The notes under the pieces: model-generated
Databases searched by the model: none
Told to the model about the DNA's origin: nothing
Seen by the model: the letters and a program-made list of their open reading frames with translations, nothing else
Origin: an uncultured delta proteobacterium
GTDB taxonomy: Bacteria > Myxococcota_A > UBA9160 > SMWR01
Assembly (NCBI GenBank): GCA_963832165.1
Contig: CAWHTE010000011.1
Location: forward strand, 512,001 to 576,000
Direction of reading: 5' to 3'
Length of the DNA: 64,000 nt
In this document: piece after piece, positions 1-8,181 of the stretch
How the letters are laid out: every line of letters begins with the position of its first letter
Position numbering within the stretch: the first letter of the stretch is position 1
Made by a program: the position numbers and the translations under genes

Positions 1-1
1 C

Positions 2-409
2 GCACGGCTCGAGATCGCGAACGTCGCGCTCGTCGAGGCTCGCGCCGAGGAGGTGCTGCGCGACGCGCTCGCGGACGCGAGCGTCGCCTGCTTCTGGCTC
101 AACTTCCCGGACCCGTGGCCCAAGAAGCGCCACGCGCGCCGGCGCTTCGTGCAGCCCGATTCGCTCGCGCTGCTCGCGCGCCGCCTGATTCCGGGCGGCC
201 TGCTGTACATCGGCACGGACGATCCCGATTACGCCGAGTGGATCGACGCCGCGCTCGCGGCCACACCCGCGCTCGAGAACCGCTATGCGCCGGACCGCTG
301 GCGCGCCGCGGTGGACGACCGCACGCCCACCGCCTACGAGCTCGAGTGGCGCGCGCTCGGGCGTTCGTTTCACTTCTTCGAGTACGCGCGGCGGGCCGAT
401 TCGCGCTGA
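2..409 (+). CDS. trmB: tRNA (guanine-N7)-methyltransferase, 5'-partial
   Basis: LNFPDPWPKKRHARRR, GTDDPDY and TAYE motifs; frame open from the window edge. Confidence 0.9.
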   Translation, partial: ARLEIANVALVEARAEEVLRDALADASVACFWLNFPDPWPKKRHARRRFVQPDSLALLARRLIPGGLLYIGTDDPDYAEWIDAALAATPALENRYAPDRWRAAVDDRTPTAYELEWRALGRSFHFFEYARRADSR

Positions 410-416
410 GCGGGGT

Positions 417-1100
417 TCATCCCGTTGGCGACGCAAGCGCCGCTTCACCCGGATCGTGCTCGCGCTCGAGGCGGTTCAGCGTCGTCTCGATCTCGCACCG
501 CAGGGCCTCGGCGTCGGCGAAGCCGCTCGGATCGATCGGCGGCGCGAAGATTGCTTCGAACGTGGTGAATGGCTTCGGGATCTGGAGCCGATCCCACGTA
601 CGCGCGAGGATCCATCGGCGCCGCGGTACGATGCACAGGACGATCACGAGGGCCCCGGTCTCCTTCGCGGTGACCGCCACCCCCAGCTGGACGTGATTGC
701 GCGGTCCGCGCGGCCCGTCGACGGTGAAGGTGCACGGAAGCCGTGTCGCTCGTACGAACTCGATCATCTCGCGCAGAGCAGCGCGGCCTCCTTTGTTGCG
801 GCCGACCTTGCGCGTCGAGCCCCGGAACGGGCGGATGCGGGTGAGCTTGCACAGCGGTACGACCAGATCGCCGTCCACCGAGCGCGAGATCATGGCGCCG
901 CACTCGCGCTCGCCATGGTTCAGCGCCGCGGCGATCTGGTGCGCGTGCAGGATCGCGTGAACGTAGAGCGTTCCCGCGGCGCGCAGCGCGGGACGTGGGT
1001 CGCGCTGCGACCGCATGCGGCAGGTGTAACCCAGCGGGACGAGGACGAGTGCCACGGCCCAGGCGAGGAACCACCGCACGAGAGCCATCGGATGCGGCAC
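417..1100 (-). CDS. DUF374 / lysophospholipid acyltransferase-like protein
   Basis: ISRSVDGD, RGSTR, TVDGPRGP and WDRLQIPKPF motifs; GTG at 1100 (alternative ATG at 1088) follows TATGAT by 6 nt. Confidence 0.8.
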   Translation of the reverse strand: MPHPMALVRWFLAWAVALVLVPLGYTCRMRSQRDPRPALRAAGTLYVHAILHAHQIAAALNHGERECGAMISRSVDGDLVVPLCKLTRIRPFRGSTRKVGRNKGGRAALREMIEFVRATRLPCTFTVDGPRGPRNHVQLGVAVTAKETGALVIVLCIVPRRRWILARTWDRLQIPKPFTTFEAIFAPPIDPSGFADAEALRCEIETTLNRLEREHDPGEAALASPTG

Positions 1101-1177
1101 GGCGAGATCATAGAGCGCGCCTTCTCTCGCGCAGCAATGCGTTCGCGTGTCAGCGATTCCGGCTAGGCTAGAGACCC

Positions 1178-1621
1178 ATGAAGAGAATCGCGTCGCTCCG
1201 ATCCGGTCTCCTGCTTCAGCTGGCGGTGCTGCTCGCACCCGCGGTACTCGACGCCCAGGAAGCCCCAGCGGTGGAGGCCATCACCCCCGCCCATGCCGCA
1301 GCGCAGGTGAAGGCGGGGAAGGCGATCCTCGTCGACGTGCGAGAGCGAAGCGAAATCGACTCGGGGATGGCGGAAGGCGCGCGTTGGTATCCCACGTCGT
1401 CGATCGAGTCCGATCCCGATTCGTTCCAGAAGTTCGTCGCAGCGCTTCCCGAGGATCAGACGATCGTCTTCTACTGCGCGTCGGGCGTCCGCTCCGGTAA
1501 CGCCGCGGAGATCGCGGCTCGCGAGGCGGGCCGCAAGTCGGCGAACCTGGGCGGCTTCAAAGACTGGAAGGGCGCGGGCCTGCCCGTGACGATCCCCGCG
1601 AAGACGCTCCAGCCGGGCTGA
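1178..1621 (+). CDS. Exported rhodanese-like domain protein
   Basis: Signal peptide, LVDVRE, active-site loop YCASGVRS, NLGGFKDW. Confidence 0.85.
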   Translation: MKRIASLRSGLLLQLAVLLAPAVLDAQEAPAVEAITPAHAAAQVKAGKAILVDVRERSEIDSGMAEGARWYPTSSIESDPDSFQKFVAALPEDQTIVFYCASGVRSGNAAEIAAREAGRKSANLGGFKDWKGAGLPVTIPAKTLQPG

Positions 1622-1624
1622 GCG

Positions 1625-2242
1625 CTACGACGGATCGCGCCCCTGGAGCATCCGGAACGTGAGCAATACGAGCGACTCGGTGAGCCGCTCGCGAGACGGT
1701 TCGCCGCGCGCGAACACGATCTCGAGCACGCCGTGCGCGAGCATGCGCCCGATCAGCCAGACGTCGGCGGCTGGATCGGGCAGCGCGATGCGGCCACCCG
1801 CCTGACGGCGCGCGAGCTGAGCCAGTTCGAAGAAGGCCTCGAGCGCGCGGAGCGTCTCGGGTGAGTTGCGCAGCAGGTGCGACTCGCGCAGCAGCACGAG
1901 GTAGAGCGCGCGGTCGGCGGCCACCGCGCGCACGATGCGCCGGATCAGCAGATCGAGAGCTTCGTGCGCGTCGAGGTCGCGGGCCTCCGCGAGCACTTCC
2001 TTCACGTGTGCGGCCAGGCGCGCGAGGCGCTCTTCGGCGAGTGCCACCACGATCGACTCGCGATTCGGGAAGAAGTCGTAGAGCGTGCCGATGCCGACGC
2101 CTGCCGCTTCGGCCACGCCGTTCGTGGTGAGCAACTCGTAGCCGCCGCGTTCGAGAACCCGAGCGCAGCCGCCCAGGATCGCGTCGTAGCTCGCCCGGGA
2201 GCGCGCCTGGCGCGGCTTCTTGCGGGGTTTCAGGTCGGCCAT
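1625..2242 (-). CDS. TetR/AcrR family transcriptional regulator
   Basis: PRKKPRQARS and HTH TTNGVAEAAGVGIGTLYDFFPNRE. Confidence 0.92.
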   Translation of the reverse strand: MADLKPRKKPRQARSRASYDAILGGCARVLERGGYELLTTNGVAEAAGVGIGTLYDFFPNRESIVVALAEERLARLAAHVKEVLAEARDLDAHEALDLLIRRIVRAVAADRALYLVLLRESHLLRNSPETLRALEAFFELAQLARRQAGGRIALPDPAADVWLIGRMLAHGVLEIVFARGEPSRERLTESLVLLTFRMLQGRDPS

Positions 2243-2249
2243 GGATCCG

Positions 2250-2279
2250 AGTATATCCGAGTGAATGCTCGGATATGCT
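2250..2279. promoter_or_regulatory. Palindromic operator with overlapping divergent -10 boxes (probable TetR site)
   Basis: ATATCCGAG-N6-CTCGGATAT (2253-2276) in the 44-bp gap; TATACT and TATGCT each 7 nt before the two ATGs. Confidence 0.75.
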
Positions 2280-2286
2280 AGGGACC

Positions 2287-2976
2287 ATGATCAAACGCGA
2301 ACTCACGAGTCTCGGCCTCACCAATCCCTGGAAGATCTGGCTCGCGATCCAGAACTTCGCCAAGACGGTCTGGGATCCCACGCGTTCCGACATTGCGCAC
2401 GGCATCAATTCGCTCGTGTACGAGGCACTCGCGAACGCGCCGCCGGATCGAGAGGCCGAGCTGGCGCGCGAGCATCCGGAGCTCGCGAAGCTGTTCCAGG
2501 AGGGATACGACCCCGCGCTCGAGCCCGCGCGCCTCGAAGCGCTGCCCGACGGTACGCTGGGCCGCGAGTACGCGCGCTTCATCCGCGCCAACAACATCGA
2601 TCCGCTCGGCAACCTGCTCGCGCTCTCACGGCCGAAGAACCTGCTCGAGTACGGGTTCTGGCGCGCCTACAAGCTGCACGATGTGCTCCACATCGTGCTC
2701 GACTGCGACGCCACGGTGCTCGGCGAGGTGCCGATCGTGGCCTACTCGCTCGGACAGGCGCGCTCGACGGCCGTGCGCGCGCCCGCGATGGCGCTCTGCG
2801 TGCTGCTCCTGCACATGGCTCTGCGCCGGACCGACCAGTTCCAGACGGCGGTGCGGCTGTCCGCCGAGTGGATGCGCCGCGGCGAGCAGACGCGCTTCTA
2901 CGCGACGCGCCGGCTCGAAGACTGGATGGACCGCCCCGTCGCGGAGGTGCGCTCGCTCGTGCTAGGGATGGCGTGA
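2287..2976 (+). CDS. Coq4-family protein
   Basis: LPDGTLGREY and metal motif HDVLH-x11-E. Confidence 0.8.
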   Translation: MIKRELTSLGLTNPWKIWLAIQNFAKTVWDPTRSDIAHGINSLVYEALANAPPDREAELAREHPELAKLFQEGYDPALEPARLEALPDGTLGREYARFIRANNIDPLGNLLALSRPKNLLEYGFWRAYKLHDVLHIVLDCDATVLGEVPIVAYSLGQARSTAVRAPAMALCVLLLHMALRRTDQFQTAVRLSAEWMRRGEQTRFYATRRLEDWMDRPVAEVRSLVLGMA

Positions 2977-3002
2977 AGCCAGCATGACGACGAGGCCCAT
3001 CG

Positions 3003-4007
3003 ATGGGTGGCGGGCCGATCCACATCCTCGACGAGATCGAGTTCGCGCCAGGGCAGCGCGCGAGCTTCCTCGTCGCGCTCGAGAAGCGCCACCGGCCGCA
3101 GGCCGAGGCCCTTGGGCTGCAGCTGCATTCGCTCCTGCTCGTGCCGCCGATCGACGTGGAAGGGATCGCGAGCCGGGCGCTCGTCCACTGGAAGCTCGAT
3201 GACGTTGCGGCGTTCTGGAGCTGGCGCGCGCGCGGCAGCGCCGATCCAGATCTCGCCGGATTCTGGGCCAATGCCGCGCCGCAGATCACACAGCGGGTGC
3301 GGCGTTATGCGGGTGGGATCGAATCCACCGGGCTCGCGCCGTTCGAACCCGCCCGAGATCCCGGAGAGGCCCGGCCGATTCCGGGTCTCGTGCGATCGGT
3401 GTGTCTGCTCACGCTGCGCGCGGGCGTCTCGGACGACGAGAGGTCGGGTCTCGAACGCGCGCTCGGATCGAACGCGAGCCTCGGCCGCAACCTGCCCGGA
3501 ACGATCAACGGCGGTGACTACACCTGGGACGTCGCGGGAGCATCCGCTGCGGCGTCGATCGAGGCTCTGCCGGGATCCCTGCGCGGTCGCGTCGCCAGAT
3601 GGGACGAGGTCGTGCTCGAGCCGATCGCGGGCGGTCTGCGCGCTCCCGGCATCGTGAGCCCGATCAAGCGCACCTTGCTCCTGCGCGTGCTTCCGAACGC
3701 TTCGCGGGCGGCAGTCGCGGAGTTCGAGCGCTCGCTGCTCGCGATGCCCGCGCACATCGGCGCGATCCGGAACTGGTGCCTCTCGCGCGCGCGCAACAGC
3801 TCGCGCTGGACCCACGTCTGGGAGCAGGAGTTCGCGGATCTCTCGGGCCTCGCCGTCGACTACATGAACCATCCGATCCACTGGTCGGTCGTCGACGGCT
3901 GGTTCCACGCCGAAGACCCGCGCTGCATCGTCGCGCCGGAGCTCGCGCACGTCTTCTGCCGCGCGCAGCACTCCGTGCTGTCGGAGGCGTTGATCAGCGG
4001 GACCTGA
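3003..4007 (+). CDS. Dabb / dimeric alpha-beta barrel protein (tandem domains)
   Basis: MPAHIGAIRNW, WTHVWEQEFADLSGL..DYMNHPIHW. Confidence 0.65.
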   Translation: MGGGPIHILDEIEFAPGQRASFLVALEKRHRPQAEALGLQLHSLLLVPPIDVEGIASRALVHWKLDDVAAFWSWRARGSADPDLAGFWANAAPQITQRVRRYAGGIESTGLAPFEPARDPGEARPIPGLVRSVCLLTLRAGVSDDERSGLERALGSNASLGRNLPGTINGGDYTWDVAGASAAASIEALPGSLRGRVARWDEVVLEPIAGGLRAPGIVSPIKRTLLLRVLPNASRAAVAEFERSLLAMPAHIGAIRNWCLSRARNSSRWTHVWEQEFADLSGLAVDYMNHPIHWSVVDGWFHAEDPRCIVAPELAHVFCRAQHSVLSEALISGT

Positions 4008-4473
4008 GTCCCGCTTCGAGCAGCGCCCGGGTCGCCGCTGCGATGCGTGGCGCCTTGCTCGCGCGGGGCCCCGCCACGTTCAAGACGCGCGGGCGAACCG
4101 CGGCGAGCCAGTCTTGCAGTCCGGCCGCTGCGGCTTCGGGAGCGACCTCGTCGAGATCGAGATGCAGCACGGGCTTGCCGGCGCGAGCGGCCTCTTCGAA
4201 CGTGAGCAGCGAGCCGCCGTCGAGCGGACCGTGCGAGACGATCAGCGTGGCATCGGAATCGCGCACGTTGCGCGCGGTGCGGACCGCGGGCTCGGCCGAT
4301 CCGGTCTCGACGAGCCTCGCATAGCGCTCGGGAATCGCTCCGTCCTCGGCGAGGCGGCCCTTCGGCACCCAGCCTCCGATCGGAATCCCGTGCTCGAGCG
4401 CAAAGTCGAGCGCGGCGCGATCGGCGCCGGTCTGACCTCCGGAGACGATCTTTTCGACGTCAGTCGGTATCAT
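3994..4473 (-). CDS. Putative molybdenum carrier / circularly permuted YpsA SLOG protein
   Basis: IVSGGQTGADRAALD, GGWVPKGRLAEDG, RTARNVRDSDATL, LNVAGPRAS. Confidence 0.85.
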   Translation of the reverse strand: MIPTDVEKIVSGGQTGADRAALDFALEHGIPIGGWVPKGRLAEDGAIPERYARLVETGSAEPAVRTARNVRDSDATLIVSHGPLDGGSLLTFEEAARAGKPVLHLDLDEVAPEAAAAGLQDWLAAVRPRVLNVAGPRASKAPRIAAATRALLEAGLRSR

Positions 4474-4486
4474 CGCGCACGAGAGG

Positions 4487-6661
4487 TCAGCGCCGCAGTG
4501 CGCGGAACTCTTCGGGATCGAACGCGTCGACCTCGATCGCGCGCTCGCGCGCGTCGTCGGCGGCGGCGAGCACACCGAGCTCGGTCGGGGTGATCGACGA
4601 CGGGTGCCGCGCCTCGATCTCGAGCGCGGGCTTCACGGCCGCGAGCGCGGCTTCGAGGTAGCCCAGACCCGCCTCGTCGACGGGCGGGACGAAGATCCCG
4701 GCCGTGAGCGCCTCGCGCGCGCGGTCGTCGCGCTGCAGCGCCTCGGCCACGCGCGAGCCCAGCGCATCGTCGGGTCCCGCCTCGCTGCGCCCGAACGGGA
4801 GCACGAGCAGCGAGAGCAGCCACGCAACGGGGCGCGACGGCAGGTTGCGAAGAACGCCCGCGAGCGCGCTCTCGATCTCGAAGAGCGCGCGCTCGACCGC
4901 CCACTGTGCGAACGGCTCCGCGCTCTGGAGCTGGCCTTCGTCGTGGAAGCGCTTCACGGTGGCGGAGCCCAGGTAGAGCCACGCGAATGCGTCGGCGAGC
5001 CGGCCCGTGATCGTCTCGCGCCGCTTGAGGCGTCCCCCGAGCGTCACCATGGCGGCCTCGGAGACGAGCGCGAACGCCGCACTCGCGCGGCTGAGCCGTT
5101 GCGTGTGCCGGTGCAGCGTGCCCGCGGGCGCGCGGCGGTCGAGCCGCCCGCGCGTGAGCGCGAGCCCGAACGCGCGCGCGACCGTCTTCAGCGCATGCGC
5201 GAGGTGACCGAAGAACGCGCGGTCGAAGCGCTCGAGATCCGCGTCGGCGACTGCGCGCATCTCCTCGAGCGCGAACGGATGACAGCGGATCGCGCCCTGG
5301 CCGAAGATGATCATCGAGCGCGTGAGGATGTTCGCTCCCTCGACCGTGATCGCGATCGGGATCGACACGTAGCTCCTGCCGAGGATGTTGCGCGGGCCGC
5401 GCATGATCGCGGCGCCTGCGCGGATGTCCATCGCGTCGTTCACGATGTCGCGCATCAGCTCGGTGCAGTAGGCCTTCACGATCGCCGACAGCACGGCGGG
5501 CCGTTCGCCCGCGTCGATCGCGGCGGCCGTGAGCCGGCTCGCGGCATCGATCGCGTAGGTGAGCCCGGCGATCCGCGCGAGCGGCTCCTCGACGCCCTCG
5601 AAGCGTCCGATCGGGGTGTCGAACTGCTCGCGCACGAGGGCGTAGGCGGACGCTACCCGCGCGCAGATCTTCGCGGTCGCCACCGCGACCGACGGCAGCG
5701 AGATCGCGCGGCCCGTGGCGAGGCACTCCATGAGCATTCGCCAGCCCTGACCCGCGCCCGCGCGCTCACCGATGATCGCGTCGAGCGGTACGAACACGCC
5801 GTCGCCCGACGTCGGACCGTTCTGGAACGGGACGCCCATCGGATCGTGCCGCGTGCCGATCTCGACGCCGGGCAGCGCGCTCGGGATCAGCGCGCACGTG
5901 ATGCCGAGATCCTCGATCTCGCCGAGCAGGTGATCGGGGTCGCGCAGCCGGAACGCGAGGCCGATCAGCGTCGCGACGGGCGCGAGCGTGATGTAGCGCT
6001 TGCGCCAGGACAGGCGGATGCCCAGCACCTCCTCGTCGCGCCACTTGTCGCGGCACACGATCCCCTCGCTCTGCGTCGCGGCGGCGTCGCTGCCCGCCTC
6101 GGGGCCCGTCAATGCGAAGCACGGGATCTCCTCGCCGCGTGCGAGGCGCGGCAGGTAGTAGTCGCGCTGCGCCTCGGTGCCGTAGTGGAGCAGGAGCTCC
6201 GCGGGGCCGAGCGAGTTCGGGACCATCACGGTCACTGCGGCGGTGAGGCTGCGGCTCGCGAGCTTCTGGATCACGGCCGCGTGCGCCTGTGCGGAGAACC
6301 CGAGCCCGCCATGGGACTCGGGGATGATCATCCCGAAGAAACGCTCGCGGCGCATGAACTCCCAGACGTCCTCGGGCAGGTCGCCAGTCTGCGTGATCAA
6401 CCAATCGTCGAGCCGCGCGCACAGCTGCTCGACGGGTCCCGAGAGGAACGCCTGCTCGGCGTCCGACAACAGTTTCGAGTGGAAGCGCAACAGCGCAGAC
6501 CAGTCGGGCGCGCCCGAGAAGAGCTCGCCGTCCCAGCCGACACTGCCGGCCTCGAGCGCGATCCGCTCGGTCTCGCCCAGACGCGGCAGCAGCCGCGCGA
6601 CTGGCGGCATGAGGAAGCGCGTGAGCCAGCGCTGCCGCAGGCGTGCGAGCCGCTCCGACAT
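4487..6661 (-). CDS. fadE: Acyl-CoA dehydrogenase, FadE type
   Basis: VMVPNSLGPAELL, CFALTGPEAGSDA, ITVEGANILTRS; C-terminal DUF1974-like region; no N-terminal transmembrane part. Confidence 0.88.
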   Translation of the reverse strand: MSERLARLRQRWLTRFLMPPVARLLPRLGETERIALEAGSVGWDGELFSGAPDWSALLRFHSKLLSDAEQAFLSGPVEQLCARLDDWLITQTGDLPEDVWEFMRRERFFGMIIPESHGGLGFSAQAHAAVIQKLASRSLTAAVTVMVPNSLGPAELLLHYGTEAQRDYYLPRLARGEEIPCFALTGPEAGSDAAATQSEGIVCRDKWRDEEVLGIRLSWRKRYITLAPVATLIGLAFRLRDPDHLLGEIEDLGITCALIPSALPGVEIGTRHDPMGVPFQNGPTSGDGVFVPLDAIIGERAGAGQGWRMLMECLATGRAISLPSVAVATAKICARVASAYALVREQFDTPIGRFEGVEEPLARIAGLTYAIDAASRLTAAAIDAGERPAVLSAIVKAYCTELMRDIVNDAMDIRAGAAIMRGPRNILGRSYVSIPIAITVEGANILTRSMIIFGQGAIRCHPFALEEMRAVADADLERFDRAFFGHLAHALKTVARAFGLALTRGRLDRRAPAGTLHRHTQRLSRASAAFALVSEAAMVTLGGRLKRRETITGRLADAFAWLYLGSATVKRFHDEGQLQSAEPFAQWAVERALFEIESALAGVLRNLPSRPVAWLLSLLVLPFGRSEAGPDDALGSRVAEALQRDDRAREALTAGIFVPPVDEAGLGYLEAALAAVKPALEIEARHPSSITPTELGVLAAADDARERAIEVDAFDPEEFRALRR

Positions 6662-7179
6662 CAGCCGAGCGAGCGGATGTACGCGATCAGGTCGCGCACA
6701 TCGTGGTTGGACAGCTGGCCCTGCCAGCCCTGCATCGCGCGCGTGCCGCCGAACGCGGCGGGGCCGTGCAGGATCACGCGCGCGAGGTCGACGTCCTCAC
6801 CGGCGCGGTTGTTCGCATCCGCGTCGATGTAGAACTTCCCGTCGGTGAAGTCGCGCGGCTTGGGATTGATCGCGGGCGAGGCGAGTCCATCGCCCTTTCC
6901 GCCGCCGCCGTGACAGAGCGCGCAGTGGGTCGCGTACAGCGCCTGGCCGTGCGCAGCATCGCCTCCGCTCCAATCGACGTCGTTGCGCTGCCGCGCGAGG
7001 TCGGTGGCCGCCGCGCGCGCGATCTCTTGCGCGGTCGGGTGGCCGGGCGACTGCGGGACTCCCGCGCCCTCCGGCGGCAGCACCTTCGGGTTGGCCGGAT
7101 CGGCCGGATCCGCGCGCTCGGAGTCCGAGCACGCGCATACGGCCAGGCAGAGCGCGAGGCACACGCACCGGATCTTCAC
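6661..7179 (-). CDS. Monoheme c-type cytochrome, probable lipoprotein
   Basis: Lipobox-like AVCAC, CALCHG..GKGDG, PKPRDFT, distal Met (AMQGW); GTG start at 7179. Confidence 0.85.
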   Translation of the reverse strand: MKIRCVCLALCLAVCACSDSERADPADPANPKVLPPEGAGVPQSPGHPTAQEIARAAATDLARQRNDVDWSGGDAAHGQALYATHCALCHGGGGKGDGLASPAINPKPRDFTDGKFYIDADANNRAGEDVDLARVILHGPAAFGGTRAMQGWQGQLSNHDVRDLIAYIRSLG

Positions 7180-7191
7180 ACTCGCCAAGCG

Positions 7192-7207
7192 TGCAACCGC
7201 CGTGCCA
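7192..7207 (-). promoter_or_regulatory. Sigma54 (-24/-12) promoter of the cytochrome c gene
   Basis: TGGCACG-GCGG-TTGCA, a full consensus match. Confidence 0.8.
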
Positions 7208-7265
7208 CGCCCCGGTGTTCCGCGCGAACGGTTCCTGTGGCGAGCGCTCCCGTTTGTAGAAATCG

Positions 7266-7278
7266 TGTAGCGTCTGCA
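7266..7278 (-). promoter_or_regulatory. Putative enhancer-binding-protein site
   Basis: TGCA-gacgc-TACA centred about 91 bp upstream of the predicted start of transcription. Confidence 0.5.
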
Positions 7279-7282
7279 CCGC

Positions 7283-8149
7283 TTGCCGCCTCGCGACGAC
7301 CGTCGTGCCCGGGAACGCGCGCTGGTGCTGCTGGCGCTGTGCGGAGTGCTCTGGAGCACCGCGGGCGTGCTGATCAAGCTGGTCGACTGGCACCCGGGTG
7401 CGATCTGGTCGGCGCGCTGCGCGATCGCGGCCGCGGTGCTCTACGCGATCCGCCGGCCCAACATGTCCGGCATCGCGCCCGCGGAGTGGAGCGCCGCAGC
7501 CGCGCTCGCGGCCACGACGGGGCTGTTCATCCTCGCGAATAAATGGACCACGCCCGCCAACGCGATCTTGATCCAGTACTCGGCACCCGTGTGGGTGGCG
7601 GTGTTCGGGCTGTGGTTCCTCGGCGAGCGCGCGACGCGCCTCGACTGGCTCGCGATCGCGGTCGTGCTCTGCGGCATCGCGCTGTTCTTCTTCGAGGACC
7701 TCGCGTTCGATCACGCGGCCGGCAACTTCGTGGCGCTCGCGGCGGGTGTGTCGTTCGCGGCCGGCGCGCTCACGATGCGCAAGGTGGCGCTGATCGAGAC
7801 GCCGTCCGGTCCGATCGATCCGATCCGGCCGCTACTGCTCGGCAACCTGCTCGGCGCAGTGATCGGCGCGCCGTTCTGGTGGGCGGCTCCCGCACCCGAT
7901 CTCGTGGGCTGGAGTGCGCTGCTCGCGCTCGGCGTGGTGCAGCAGGCCTTGGCCTATTTCTGCTATGCGGCGGCGATCCGCCACGCGCGTGCGCTCGACG
8001 TGATCCTGGTACCGGTGGTCGAGCCGATCCTCTCTCCGCTCTGGGTCGCACTCGCGTTCGGCGAATGGCCGGGCCCGTGGGCGCTGCTCGGAGGGGGGAT
8101 CGTCGTAGGTGCGGTGACCGCGCGCGGTGTGATCCGGCCGCGCGGCTGA
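7283..8149 (+). CDS. DMT/EamA family transporter
   Basis: About 10 hydrophobic helices; NAILIQYSAPVWV..LGER and EPILSPLWV..GE. Confidence 0.88.
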   Translation: MPPRDDRRARERALVLLALCGVLWSTAGVLIKLVDWHPGAIWSARCAIAAAVLYAIRRPNMSGIAPAEWSAAAALAATTGLFILANKWTTPANAILIQYSAPVWVAVFGLWFLGERATRLDWLAIAVVLCGIALFFFEDLAFDHAAGNFVALAAGVSFAAGALTMRKVALIETPSGPIDPIRPLLLGNLLGAVIGAPFWWAAPAPDLVGWSALLALGVVQQALAYFCYAAAIRHARALDVILVPVVEPILSPLWVALAFGEWPGPWALLGGGIVVGAVTARGVIRPRG

Positions 8150-8181
8150 GGGGATACACTGCGCGCGGAGCCCGAGAGCCG

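Noticed and set aside
3994..4473. SLOG protein as part of an anti-phage defence system
   Set aside because: No effector, nuclease, TIR/Sir2 or sensor gene is adjacent; the context is metabolic.
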